Shown here piece by piece: positions 1-8,412 of a stretch of DNA of 64,000 nt. Origin of the DNA: a virus. Below the pieces are notes generated by a model, which was given only the letters and a program-made list of their open reading frames with translations, ran no database searches and was not told the origin of the DNA. The translations under genes were made by a program, and so were the position numbers. The stretch lies in the UHGV virus genome UHGV-0066004. One strand, 5' to 3'. Each line of letters begins with the position of its first letter. Within the stretch, counting starts at the first letter, position 1.

Positions 1-1277
1 TCAACTTCCAAAGCACCTACTGCAACAGTCTTCTGAATATAAGAACCAATTGCTTCAAGGTCTGGAGTTTCGATATCATCATAAGTGATTTGTACATGTT
101 CTTCATCGTCCCACATATTAAGAGCATAAGTCTGTGCAACTAAATCACGGTTAATTACATTCTTAATTTGCTTCAGTAGGATATCTACCGACATTGCTAG
201 TAAGCTTGTCTTAGAATCTGCAAGAGAGAATGAACCATATTTTGACTGACCCATAGCAAGAACATCCGACATAAATGCCATCATGATTTGCTTGGAATAT
301 CTGTCAATGATAGAACCTGTATCATATGCTTTAGCACCCTGTCTAGAAACTAATGAGAACTCAAAGATATCCTCTTTAGTATCTGGGTCGATATATCTAG
401 GCCAGATTAAACCTGCTCTATCGTTAGCAATCATATCGTTAACAACAGTTTTGCAGTATTGTACGAAAGCTTTCTTTTCAGGTTCTGCATTTTCATCCAG
501 ATAATCTGGTGGTAAACCAATCTTTGGCATACCTACCAAGTCTCTTGAAACGCCAACAGCTTCGTACTCTTCAATCTGAACTTTATACTTCCACGGTACA
601 TAAGCATTAAGTAATGGTGAACGACCTTCTGGGTTTCCATATTCATCGTCATACTTAAACAGCATGAATTTAGCTCGTGGAAGTTTTCTTGTTAGCGGTC
701 TTTCTCCAAGATTAATTGCTCCAGCAATATGTGAAACATTTCTCAGATTCTGTCTAACACCAGTAACTTTTCTAAAGTCTTCGTCAAAATACCACTTATC
801 AAGTGTTGATTGGTTTCTGATTGGTAATTTAGCCCATCCAATTAGACCATCATCAAATTTTGACTGGTACTTTCCTTTTTTACCCTGTCGCTTCTTATAA
901 ACTTTCTCGTTAACACAGAACCCATAAGTGCAGAATGACATTACAGAGTTAATAAAATCTGCCCAATCATGCTCCATGTCATCCATTAAAGAATTAAAGA
1001 AGTCTGCTCTCTCAAGCATTTTAGGGTCTTGCTCTTTTCCCTTTGGAGGTACGAATCTCCAGTTGACTTTTCTGACAAACATCTTAATAATATTTACAGA
1101 TGCTGCTACAGCAGGGTCACGCATCATTAATTGGAAAGTTTTAATACTTTCAGGGAACCTTAGTGCCTGACGAGGTTCTTCATAGATTCTTCCATTCTTA
1201 ACCTTCAGACCCAAAGAACCTACTTCACCCATTCTAAATGGTGGTAAGCTTTCTTGTGTTTCTGTAATATCTGCCAT
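1..1277 (-). CDS. putative portal protein, partial (gene continues beyond window start)
   Basis: Minus-strand frame starting ATG at 1277 stays open to position 1 on manual translation; lies directly downstream of terL; portal identity is by synteny only. Confidence 0.4.
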   Translation of the reverse strand, partial: MADITETQESLPPFRMGEVGSLGLKVKNGRIYEEPRQALRFPESIKTFQLMMRDPAVAASVNIIKMFVRKVNWRFVPPKGKEQDPKMLERADFFNSLMDDMEHDWADFINSVMSFCTYGFCVNEKVYKKRQGKKGKYQSKFDDGLIGWAKLPIRNQSTLDKWYFDEDFRKVTGVRQNLRNVSHIAGAINLGERPLTRKLPRAKFMLFKYDDEYGNPEGRSPLLNAYVPWKYKVQIEEYEAVGVSRDLVGMPKIGLPPDYLDENAEPEKKAFVQYCKTVVNDMIANDRAGLIWPRYIDPDTKEDIFEFSLVSRQGAKAYDTGSIIDRYSKQIMMAFMSDVLAMGQSKYGSFSLADSKTSLLAMSVDILLKQIKNVINRDLVAQTYALNMWDDEEHVQITYDDIETPDLEAIGSYIQKTVAVGALEV

Positions 1278-1293
1278 TCTTCTCACCTAGCTA

Positions 1294-2895
1294 TCAACGT
1301 CTAAGCCCCTCATACGGGTTTCCTCTCACTAAATCTGTGTGAGCACCCATTGATGGTGGCTTGAATAATTTAACTTCGTTAAGACTGTTGAAAGCATCAC
1401 TGGTAGCATCCACTTGGTCATCTTTAGTTTTGCCGTCACCACAAAAACCTTCAAGTTCTTGAAAGTAAGCTTCATTCCAACTACCTCTCAAGACTTTTAC
1501 AAGTCCAGCTTCAGAAGCAGCAGAAAATCCCGCAAAGCGGGTAACTTTATCTTTATTTGTTGGTTTGGCTCTTGCTCGATAACCTTTCTCGGCAAGTTTC
1601 CTGATGAGGGATGTTGCGTAGGATTTACCAGCAGCGCCTGGGTCTTGAGGGATAAAAATACCAGTTCGCTTACCGTCACTTTCAGCAGTCAAATTAATTT
1701 GTGTTTCGACTCCAGAGGGTCTATCTCTAAATCTTACTACATCAATGATATAATAGCAACCGTCTTTTTTAGATTTACCCATCTTAACACCTGCTGTCCA
1801 GTCTGGATTAGGGTTAATCTCAGATGGTAAAGTTGCTGCTAAGTCCCATGCTCTAACATCAAATACATCTTCTGGGAGTGAATCAACAACCTCACACCAT
1901 TGCCTTTGCCAATAGTTTGAACCTTCTGCACGAGCCTTCCAGTTACCGAAACGAAGTCTTGCAACGTTTACAGGGGTGTTGTTTTCCAACTTACCACGGT
2001 ACTTAGGTTCTAAGAAGTCAAGGATTGGGTTATCATCAATCGTACCAGAGATAAAGGTGTATGTTTGAGGAATCTCAAGAGGGAACATTTCAAGAATCTT
2101 GTCTCTCTCCCAATCAGAAACCATCACACCATCGTTCATTACATACCAACGAATACGACCACATTTTTCAGGGTCTGGATAGCCTTCTTCATCTAAGAAT
2201 GGCTCTACCCAATCGTAAATAAAGTGGTCTCTGTCTGGGTTCATGGAAATCTTCATGTATGAATCACCTTCAGCACCAGAACGTAGACGGGTTTGTAGGT
2301 ATGAAATCTGTGAAGCAGAGAAGTGTGTACCTTCGTCAAAGTAAATAGCTGAGTATTCAATACCCTGATGACCTTCAGCGTGCTTTTCAAGTTCTAGATA
2401 GGTAAACTTGATAGTTGCCCCAGAAGGGAATGTGATAGTCATCTTCTGCTCGTGAGGAACCCCACCAAACTTACCAAATAGTTTCTTTGCAGCAGGCCAC
2501 AAACCACCTTGTAACTGTGTTGTATTTCGACGGAAATATACAGCGTTATAATTAGGGTCGTCAATAAACCTTAAAGAGTCCATTAACAATGCAGCAGTCT
2601 TACCAGCACCCGCAGCACCACCATAGAGAACCAAGTCAGCATTAGTATTTAAAAAGACCTCTTGAGAACCCGGCTGAGGGGCTACATAGTTCTTATCAGT
2701 CATCAATTTGAAGATAAGTCTAACTTGGTCTGGTGTGTATCTTAATAAAGTCAGAATTTGAGTTGGAAGGAATTTAGAGGGGTCTTTACCGAATGATTTG
2801 ATAATTTCTTTTACTTCATCAGAAAGCCCCAACTCTCCAGCTAGGACTTTCCTAACATCTTCCACTCGCTTCTGCTTAACAGCATTTAAGTCCAT
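1294..2895 (-). CDS. terL: terminase large subunit
   Basis: 538-aa ORF with Walker A P-loop (GGAAGAGKT) and C-terminal nuclease-like region; start moved to ATG at 2895 (MDLNAV) preceded by GGAGGTG, since the track start appears to be a TTG. Confidence 0.85.
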   Translation of the reverse strand: MDLNAVKQKRVEDVRKVLAGELGLSDEVKEIIKSFGKDPSKFLPTQILTLLRYTPDQVRLIFKLMTDKNYVAPQPGSQEVFLNTNADLVLYGGAAGAGKTAALLMDSLRFIDDPNYNAVYFRRNTTQLQGGLWPAAKKLFGKFGGVPHEQKMTITFPSGATIKFTYLELEKHAEGHQGIEYSAIYFDEGTHFSASQISYLQTRLRSGAEGDSYMKISMNPDRDHFIYDWVEPFLDEEGYPDPEKCGRIRWYVMNDGVMVSDWERDKILEMFPLEIPQTYTFISGTIDDNPILDFLEPKYRGKLENNTPVNVARLRFGNWKARAEGSNYWQRQWCEVVDSLPEDVFDVRAWDLAATLPSEINPNPDWTAGVKMGKSKKDGCYYIIDVVRFRDRPSGVETQINLTAESDGKRTGIFIPQDPGAAGKSYATSLIRKLAEKGYRARAKPTNKDKVTRFAGFSAASEAGLVKVLRGSWNEAYFQELEGFCGDGKTKDDQVDATSDAFNSLNEVKLFKPPSMGAHTDLVRGNPYEGLRR

Positions 2896-2916
2896 TAAGC
2901 ACCTCCGCAAATAGAA

Positions 2917-3117
2917 TTATTCAGAGTCTGTAGCAGTCTCTTCTTTCTTAACTTCGAACTTTGCATCAACAGCATCAAGAAGTGCATCCATAGATGCTTC
3001 TTTAATATCAATGCCTGTTGCTACAGATAATCTGTCTGCAATTGCCATGATAGTATTCTGCATAAATTCTAGCTTCTTGTTAGCTTCATAAAGTTCTTTA
3101 TAAACGGTCTCGCTCAT
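2917..3117 (-). CDS. small acidic protein upstream of terL (function unknown)
   Basis: 66-aa ORF, GGAGAA SD 7 nt upstream, 6-nt gap to terL. Confidence 0.5.
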   Translation of the reverse strand: MSETVYKELYEANKKLEFMQNTIMAIADRLSVATGIDIKEASMDALLDAVDAKFEVKKEETATDSE

Positions 3118-3242
3118 TATGTTTTCTCCAAATAATTAACCATGTTTCCCCTTAAAAAAGACGGCACAGAGACCGTCAAGGAGAAACCACAATGTACGTC
3201 AGAGACATACTGTATAAGGCTTCCTATAAAGTATAACTCTGT

Positions 3243-3302
3243 AAAAAAGCCCTGTCTAAAAATACTCTTCGGTAGCGAAAGGAAGAATACTTATAGCAGG
3301 GC
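3243..3302 (-). terminator. putative intrinsic terminator after tRNA cluster
   Basis: Minus strand GCCCTG...CAGGGC stem followed by TTTTTT; long imperfect loop. Confidence 0.35.
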
Positions 3303-3342
3303 ATTATTATTATTATTTTAATTGAGAGAGAGTAAAATAAAT

Positions 3343-3418
3343 TGGAGAATCCGAAGGGACTCGAACCCTTATAAACCTGTTTTGCAGACAGGCACATAGC
3401 CATTTCTGTCACGGATTC
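3343..3418 (-). tRNA. tRNA-Cys(GCA)
   Basis: T-arm GGGTTCGAGTCCC, 7-bp acceptor pairing GAATCCG/CGGATTC, anticodon loop CTGCAAA, encoded CCA; hand-folded. Confidence 0.65.
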
Positions 3419-3422
3419 AAAT

Positions 3423-3515
3423 TGGAGGAAGATACCAGACTTGAACTGGTACACCGATTTCTCAGCTACTGGCAGTTTAGCAAACTGCTCCCTTACCTTT
3501 TAGGGTTAATCTTCC
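3423..3515 (-). tRNA. tRNA-Ser(GCT), type II
   Basis: 93 nt, long variable arm, T-arm CCAGTTCAAGTCTGG, acceptor GGAAGAT/ATCTTCC, loop TTGCTAA. Confidence 0.6.
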
Positions 3516-3517
3516 AT

Positions 3518-4252
3518 TTATTTCTGTAATGCGTTCTTCATTTCTGGTGTTGCAATAGTGTCAATTACACCAGTTTTACAAGCATCATCAAACCAGTCTG
3601 GTAAGATACCTGCTAAGAACCCATTGATATTCGTTTTAAGGTACTCTGCAATAAGGGCAGCTTCTTCTTCAATCATCTGCACAACTTCATCTGCATAAGC
3701 TGTAATCTTTGAGATACCTTCATTAATCTTACTGACAGCTTGGTTAGCTAAATCAGAAACAGTATCAAGACCCTTGTCAATAGCGTCTTGTAAGTCACTT
3801 AATACATCGTTAACACTCTCTAGTGTACTGTTAATCGTATCAATAGCTTTTTGACCATATTCTGTAGCAACACCCATAATACCACTGAACGGTGTACAAC
3901 CAACTTGTTCTCCTGCTGCACCCATAACATTGGAATATCCCTTTGCTACCTGCATACGTGATGAAAACTCATCAATAGATTTTTGACCGTAGTCTGTCAG
4001 GGTCTTAGTAGTTGCTGTAGTGCTTGTAAGGCTTGTTGTAAAGCTGTTTAGAAGGACTGTTGTAAGTCCAGCAGCAACAAGCTTATCCTTTACTGTAGGG
4101 TCTGATACAGAGCTAATAGAGCTTACAAGTGATGTAGAGGCAGCTACGGTTCCACCGAGAACTGCTGCACCAGTAATAAGGGGGTTAGAAAACCCTTTAC
4201 CGGTTTTTAAGAGATTGAAAATCTCCTTACCTTGTTCTGTCATCTCTTTCAT
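3518..4252 (-). CDS. Ser/Thr-rich hypothetical protein inside tRNA cluster
   Basis: ORF in track; start trimmed to ATG at 4252 (AAAGGTG SD) because the upstream part overlaps tRNA-Phe. Confidence 0.45.
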   Translation of the reverse strand: MKEMTEQGKEIFNLLKTGKGFSNPLITGAAVLGGTVAASTSLVSSISSVSDPTVKDKLVAAGLTTVLLNSFTTSLTSTTATTKTLTDYGQKSIDEFSSRMQVAKGYSNVMGAAGEQVGCTPFSGIMGVATEYGQKAIDTINSTLESVNDVLSDLQDAIDKGLDTVSDLANQAVSKINEGISKITAYADEVVQMIEEEAALIAEYLKTNINGFLAGILPDWFDDACKTGVIDTIATPEMKNALQK

Positions 4253-4268
4253 TAAGCACCTTTGAAAT

Positions 4269-4345
4269 TGGTAGTCCAGTGGGATTTGAACCCTCTTCTC
4301 ATGTTTTTCAGACACGCGCTTTAACCATATAAGCTACTTGGACTA
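4269..4345 (-). tRNA. tRNA-Phe(GAA)
   Basis: T-arm GGGTTCAAATCCC, acceptor TAGTCCA/TGGACTA, loop CTGAAAA. Confidence 0.6.
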
Positions 4346-4350
4346 TAAAT

Positions 4351-4426
4351 TGGGGTGACCTACGGGATTTGAACCCGTATAGACCATGTTCACAGCATGG
4401 GTCATTACCGTTTATGATAAGGCCAC
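4351..4426 (-). tRNA. tRNA-His(GTG)
   Basis: T-arm ACGGGTTCAAATCCCGT, loop CTGTGAA, encoded CCA. Confidence 0.65.
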
Positions 4427-4457
4427 ATTTAAGGACTCTCGTAAGAATCCTTAGAAG

Positions 4458-4533
4458 TGGCAGCGGCATAAGGATTTGAACCTTAATAAGACAGCTTCAG
4501 AGACTGCTGCATTGCCAGTTATGCTATGCCGCT
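4458..4533 (-). tRNA. tRNA-Gln(CTG)
   Basis: T-arm TAAGGTTCAAATCCTTA, acceptor AGCGGCA/TGCCGCT, loop CTCTGAA. Confidence 0.55.
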
Positions 4534-4538
4534 AAATT

Positions 4539-4617
4539 TGGTACTCCATATCGGATTCGAACCGATACATAACACAGATTTTAAGTCTGGCCTCTCTGCC
4601 AATTGGAGTAATGGAGC
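4539..4617 (-). tRNA. tRNA-Leu-like (anticodon TAA?), atypical
   Basis: Perfect T-arm ATCGGTTCGAATCCGAT, discriminator A, Leu-type D-loop AATTGGCAGAG, loop CTTAAAA, but no long variable arm in my fold. Confidence 0.35.
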
Positions 4618-4619
4618 AT

Positions 4620-4695
4620 TGGCGGGGGATGTTGGAATTGAACCAACTTCTTCGATTTCAAAGACCGAGGTTTTAACCTTGTAAACTAATCCCCT
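4620..4695 (-). tRNA. tRNA-Gln(TTG)
   Basis: T-arm GTTGGTTCAATTCCAAC, loop CTTTGAA, encoded CCA. Confidence 0.55.
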
Positions 4696-4703
4696 TTAAA
4701 TCT

Positions 4704-5261
4704 TTACTTTCTCAGTGGATGAATAAAGAATGCCAACATAACTCTTTCCCTTGAGAATGCTCTTTCTTCTGGGACAACACTTTTTAGTTTCCATCCAATA
4801 TAAATTCTCCAGTAAAATTGTTTACCAAAGATTTTAATTGATGGGATAAAAGCGAATAATCCCCAAGCATTACTGTTCCACATTAGGAGATAACCTGTCT
4901 GATTATCTTCAGGGTCAGAACTTACGTTGATATTACCTTTCCACTTAGTAACATCTTTTACATCTCTTCCTAATACATGGTAAGAGAAGTTATAAGCTTT
5001 GTTTCTCCAGAGCCATCCGACTCTTTGCATGTAGACACCTAGTTTACCAATCCATCTGATATTAGCCCATCTTTTAACGTGACCTTCATCACCATCAATT
5101 GGGTTGTCATATGTCTCCATCCATCTGAACCCGAAAGGTAAGTGTCCTTTCTTCTCACTGTAGAATGGAACTACGAAAGGTGCTAAGATAACTGCTAGTA
5201 TTGCTGCAAGTGGTTCTAGCAAAGCTAAGAAAATCCATGAAGCATATTTTAAGTATCTCAT
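4704..5261 (-). CDS. membrane protein (hydrophobic N-terminus), function unknown
   Basis: 185-aa ORF between tRNA sub-clusters; N-terminal TM-like segment. Confidence 0.5.
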   Translation of the reverse strand: MRYLKYASWIFLALLEPLAAILAVILAPFVVPFYSEKKGHLPFGFRWMETYDNPIDGDEGHVKRWANIRWIGKLGVYMQRVGWLWRNKAYNFSYHVLGRDVKDVTKWKGNINVSSDPEDNQTGYLLMWNSNAWGLFAFIPSIKIFGKQFYWRIYIGWKLKSVVPEERAFSRERVMLAFFIHPLRK

Positions 5262-5500
5262 TGTCTAACCCTCGTAAGGAGGTAAGCATTATTACTTGTT
5301 TCTGAGCTTTCTGGTAACATTGTCTCAAAATTGACACTTTTAAGTTGTCTTCCACCAAAGCAATGACCAATAAATCTTTCTACTTTTATTGGGTCGCATT
5401 CCCATCCGACTTTTAAGAAAATGTGGGTATCTATAGTGGGAACCCTTACAAACTCAATACTATTGGGATTTTCATGTTCAACGACGATTAATGTTTGCAT
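5258..5500 (-). CDS. hypothetical protein
   Basis: 80-aa ORF with ATGA-type overlap onto downstream gene. Confidence 0.4.
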   Translation of the reverse strand: MQTLIVVEHENPNSIEFVRVPTIDTHIFLKVGWECDPIKVERFIGHCFGGRQLKSVNFETMLPESSETSNNAYLLTRVRQ

Positions 5501-5518
5501 AAATTCCTCTTGCTTATC

Positions 5519-5594
5519 TGGCGCAGGATAAGGGATTCGAACCCCTATTAACAGTTTCGTAGACTGTTGCTCTATCCATTTGAACTAATCCTGC
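5519..5594 (-). tRNA. tRNA-Arg(ACG)
   Basis: T-arm GGGGTTCGAATCCCT, acceptor GCAGGAT/ATCCTGC, loop CTACGAA. Confidence 0.65.
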
Positions 5595-5599
5595 AAAAT

Positions 5600-5677
5600 T
5601 GGTGTTCCAAGACGGATTCGAACCGTCACTAATACAAGGTTTGAGCTTGCATCCTCTGCCAATTGGGATACTGGAAC
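5600..5677 (-). tRNA. tRNA-Leu-like (anticodon CAA?), atypical
   Basis: T-arm GACGGTTCGAATCCGTC, D-loop CAATTGGCAGAG, loop CTCAAAC, discriminator A; short variable arm. Confidence 0.35.
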
Positions 5678-5678
5678 A

Positions 5679-5753
5679 TGGTACTCACTAAAGGACTTGA
5701 ACCTTTTTCTTCATCTTGTAAGGGTGGTGTTTTACCATATAAACTAAGCGAGT
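5679..5753 (-). tRNA. tRNA-like gene with disrupted anticodon stem (possible pseudo-tRNA)
   Basis: Good acceptor, D-arm GTTTATATGGTAAAAC and T-arm AAAGGTTCAAGTCCTTT, but I cannot pair an anticodon stem. Confidence 0.3.
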
Positions 5754-5848
5754 GTGAAAGAGGTCTGAAGTTGTGCCGCTAACTCAACTCCGTGGAATTT
5801 GTTACGGTCTTCAGTTGACACCAGCGGTCTTTCACTTGACCTCTGAAT

Positions 5849-5925
5849 TGGTGCTGCTCACAGGACTCGAACCCGCATTTCCATCCTTACAAGGGATGTG
5901 TAATAGCCAATTATACGAAAGCAGC
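5849..5925 (-). tRNA. tRNA-Thr(TGT)
   Basis: T-arm GCGGGTTCGAGTCCTGT, anticodon stem CATCC/GGATG, loop CTTGTAA. Confidence 0.65.
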
Positions 5926-5932
5926 ATTAATT

Positions 5933-6007
5933 TGGAGCATCCAGAGGGAATCGAACCCTCAACCTCAGTTTGGAAGACTGTAATTTTCCCGTTTAAACTA
6001 TGGATGC
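5933..6007 (-). tRNA. tRNA-Gly(TCC)
   Basis: T-arm GAGGGTTCGATTCCCTC, acceptor GCATCCA/TGGATGC, loop CTTCCAA. Confidence 0.6.
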
Positions 6008-6013
6008 ACTAAT

Positions 6014-6089
6014 TGGTGGAGAAGCAGGGAATTGAACCCTGTACTTAAGTTTGCAAAACTTATGTTTTAACCATGTAAACTACATCCCC
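6014..6089 (-). tRNA. tRNA-Ala(TGC)
   Basis: T-arm CAGGGTTCAATTCCCTG, anticodon stem TAAGT/ACTTA, loop TTTGCAA. Confidence 0.6.
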
Positions 6090-6095
6090 AATGTA

Positions 6096-6171
6096 TGGTA
6101 CAGGTGGAGGGAATTGAACCCATCGTCTTACTGATTAAGAGTCAGCCGCATAACCATTTTGCTACACCTGC
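6096..6171 (-). tRNA. tRNA-Lys(CTT)
   Basis: T-arm GGGTTCAATTCCC, loop CTCTTAA; paralogous to the Lys(TTT) gene at 7323. Confidence 0.55.
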
Positions 6172-6178
6172 ATTAATT

Positions 6179-6256
6179 TGGTAGGAGACAAGGGATTCGA
6201 ACCCTCAAACACCAACTTCTAAGGATGGTAGGTTTACCAATTACCGTCAATCTCCC
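6179..6256 (-). tRNA. tRNA-Leu-like (anticodon TAG?), atypical
   Basis: T-arm GAGGGTTCGAATCCCTT, D-loop TAATTGGTAAA, loop CTTAGAA, discriminator A; short variable arm. Confidence 0.35.
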
Positions 6257-6512
6257 ATTAAATCTTTTTAGAGAACTTCTAAGAACCTAAGCAACAAGGT
6301 TCCACAACAAGCTGTAATAACCTTAGAAGCCCTCTAAAAAGACCTAAAAAGGTCTTTGCATAGTCTTGTTTAATCCGGTGACTAGAACCTTTGGAGAGCT
6401 TGATATTATCTCTTCTCCGTGACACATACTAGGTGCTTTACTGTGCTTGTACGACAATACACGAGGGATACCAAAGCAACATCCGAATGAAGCTTGGCTT
6501 TAAACCTTATTA

Positions 6513-6602
6513 GGCGGTAAGTAAAGGAGTCGAACCCTCACCGTATCTCTACAGTGGCAACTGTTTTCAAGACAGTTTGGCTACCATTAGCCGCTACCTA
6601 CC
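6513..6602 (-). tRNA. tRNA-Ser(TGA), type II
   Basis: 90 nt, T-arm GAGGGTTCGACTCC, anticodon stem ACTGT/ACAGT, loop CTTGAAA, long variable arm. Confidence 0.6.
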
Positions 6603-6615
6603 CCTAATAAGACTT

Positions 6616-6698
6616 TGGCATGGGACGGAGGAGTTGAACCCCTTTGAAACGGTTTTGGAGGCCGTTGCTCATGCCTTAGAGTCTTAACATCGTCCCAT
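6616..6698 (-). tRNA. tRNA-like, 83 nt, anticodon unresolved
   Basis: Perfect acceptor ATGGGAC/GTCCCAT and T-arm GGGGTTCAACTCC; internal AACGG/CCGTT hairpin with 9-nt loop; cannot assign anticodon. Confidence 0.3.
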
Positions 6699-6840
6699 AT
6701 TATAATTCGAAGCTTACCGTATTATCTCAACACTGTAAAGCCCCTTCTCAGATTATTTACATGTTCTGGAAAACATGAGATACAGACCACCTCCCTACAG
6801 GAAGACCCGCTTAGGTCGTCTAAGTAATCTGCTAACTAAT

Positions 6841-6917
6841 TGGCACACCCTACAGGATTCGAACCTGTAACTAACGATTTAGAAGACCGTTGCTCTATCC
6901 AATTGAACTAAGGGTGC
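6841..6917 (-). tRNA. tRNA-Arg(TCT)
   Basis: T-arm ACAGGTTCGAATCCTGT, loop CTTCTAA, encoded CCA. Confidence 0.65.
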
Positions 6918-7164
6918 ATTAATCTTTAAAGACTCTCTTAGAAAGCCCTTAAAGATGCCCACCTTATTAATCATACCGTGGGCTAGTACGCCAAATTCTT
7001 TGATGAGGGATTGGAAGACCTCACTGGTGTTTAGCCTATCAAGCTACTGCCAGAAAAACATTGTCGTTTGCATTTATTTTAAATTTGCAAAATAGACGCT
7101 ACGCAACGAAAACTAAGGTTACTATAAAGTAGTCACATCTCAATGTCAACAACTTTATTGAAAT

Positions 7165-7240
7165 TGGTACTGGTAGGTGGAATCGAACCACCGATGTTCC
7201 CTTATCAGGGGAGTGTTATAACCTTCTTAACTATACCAGC
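7165..7240 (-). tRNA. tRNA-Ile(GAT)
   Basis: T-arm GGTGGTTCGATTCCACC, loop CTGATAA. Confidence 0.6.
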
Positions 7241-7241
7241 T

Positions 7242-7318
7242 TGGAGGTTCAGATGGGAATCGAACCCACATTCATAGGGCTTATGAGACCCTTGCATTAC
7301 CTTATCTGCGACTGAACC
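7242..7318 (-). tRNA. tRNA-Met(CAT), elongator-like
   Basis: T-arm TGGGTTCGATTCCCA, loop CTCATAA, G1-C72 paired. Confidence 0.6.
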
Positions 7319-7322
7319 ATAT

Positions 7323-7398
7323 TGGTAGAAGTGGAGGGATTCGAACCCATCGCCTGTCAGATTAAAAGTCTGCTGCATCACCATTCTGCTACACTTCC
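7323..7398 (-). tRNA. tRNA-Lys(TTT)
   Basis: T-arm GGGTTCGAATCCC, loop CTTTTAA. Confidence 0.55.
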
Positions 7399-7403
7399 AT
7401 TAA

Positions 7404-7546
7404 ATTATCTTTGTAGATAAGCTACCCAGACTTGCTTAAGGTCTGTAGCGATGTGCCTTGTTGGGTTTAAATCTAGAATTTACCCTTTCACCCTTTGTGG
7501 TCGCATACTCACAGGTAAGCTTAATAACTTATCTACAAAGATAATT
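7404..7546. repeat. pair of inverted 18-bp hairpin elements (TTATCTTTGTAGATAA / TTATCTACAAAGATAA) about 107 bp apart
   Basis: Exact reverse-complement arms at 7404-7421 and 7529-7546, each arm itself a 5-bp stem hairpin. Confidence 0.7.
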
Positions 7547-7589
7547 ACCAGACCGTTGTTTATCATCTTAAGTGCTACCATTACACCAA

Positions 7590-7680
7590 CTCGACATCTG
7601 CCGAGTGAAGGAATCGAACCTTCGCCTTTTCTTTACCGGAGAAATAGATTGTTTAAGTTTTGCTGTAAACGGTCTTCTGT
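7590..7680 (-). pseudogene. tRNA fragment or pseudo-tRNA (T-arm only)
   Basis: Perfect T-arm GAAGGTTCGATTCCTTC with acceptor-like 3' strand but no matching 5' acceptor strand and no CCA. Confidence 0.3.
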
Positions 7681-7826
7681 AAATTTGTTGAGCCAGACCA
7701 AGTTTAAATTTTCAAAATTAAATTGGCTTGAAATTTCATACGTTCTTGCTGTATTTGGTCTTCTGCTCCTTTAAAGGATACTCGTAAGGACCCTTTAAGG
7801 GAGGGGCTAAATAGCCCTCTCAAAAT

Positions 7827-7904
7827 TGGCGGTTACGAAGGGATTTGAACCCTCATCATCTCCCGTGACAGGGGAGTATTTTAACCAAATTAAACTACAT
7901 AACC
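7827..7904 (-). tRNA. tRNA-Asp(GTC)
   Basis: T-arm GAGGGTTCAAATCCCTT, anticodon stem CTCCC/GGGAG, loop CTGTCAC. Confidence 0.65.
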
Positions 7905-7909
7905 TTTAT

Positions 7910-7997
7910 TGGTGTGCCGTGTAGGAGTCGAACCTACCGAGTCTCAATGACAAGGGATTTACAGTCCCCACCGCTACCATCTACGGGATAACGACAC
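7910..7997 (-). tRNA. tRNA-Tyr(GTA), type II
   Basis: 88 nt, T-arm GTAGGTTCGACTCCTAC, loop CTGTAAA, long variable arm. Confidence 0.6.
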
Positions 7998-8006
7998 ATT
8001 TAAATT

Positions 8007-8083
8007 TGGCGGTTAGTCAGGGATTCGAACCCTGTGCCATTCGCTTAACAGGCGACCGCACATACCTTATATGCTTCCTAACC
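8007..8083 (-). tRNA. tRNA-Asn(GTT)
   Basis: T-arm CAGGGTTCGAATCCCTG, loop CTGTTAA. Confidence 0.55.
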
Positions 8084-8160
8084 TTAATACATTGCCAGAC
8101 CGTGTTTTTTCTTTTATCCGCAAAAAGTATTTTGTTGCTGAATACGGTCTTCTGCAAAAT

Positions 8161-8237
8161 TGGAGGCGGGTGCAGGAGTCGAACCTGCCGATACCATGCT
8201 AATGAGACATGTGAGACGCCCTTTCTCTATACCCGCA
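8161..8237 (-). tRNA. tRNA with CAT anticodon (Met, fMet or Ile2)
   Basis: T-arm GCAGGTTCGACTCCTGC, loop CTCATTA, unpaired 1-72 position. Confidence 0.45.
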
Positions 8238-8327
8238 ATTCTCAATGACCAGACCAAATATCTTCTTTGTCCGATTTCGTGTCAGATGAGTAGATTAAGT
8301 TTGCTGTAATTGGTCTTCTGTCAAAAC

Positions 8328-8405
8328 TGGCGTTCCAGAAGGGATTTGAACCCTCAGATATCCACTTTGAAAGAGTGGTGACTTTACCATTTTGTCTACT
8401 GGAAC
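8328..8405 (-). tRNA. tRNA-Glu(TTC)
   Basis: T-arm GAGGGTTCAAATCCCTT, anticodon stem CCACT/AGTGG, loop CTTTCAA. Confidence 0.65.
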
Positions 8406-8412
8406 ATTAATT

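Noticed and set aside
283-1170. Plus-strand ORFs 283-504, 664-900 and 928-1170
   Set aside because: They lie antisense to a long uninterrupted minus-strand frame (putative portal) that starts at 1277 next to terL; short, unusual composition, no RBS context.
1414-1830. ORFs 1414-1830 (+) and 1497-1679 (-) inside terL
   Set aside because: Embedded in or antisense to the well-supported terminase gene; likely frame artefacts.
3224-8248. Track ORFs 3224-3454, 4020-4265, 5773-6012, 7451-7774 and 8006-8248
   Set aside because: Each overlaps one or more tRNA genes or lies antisense to a supported CDS; the translations are low-complexity.
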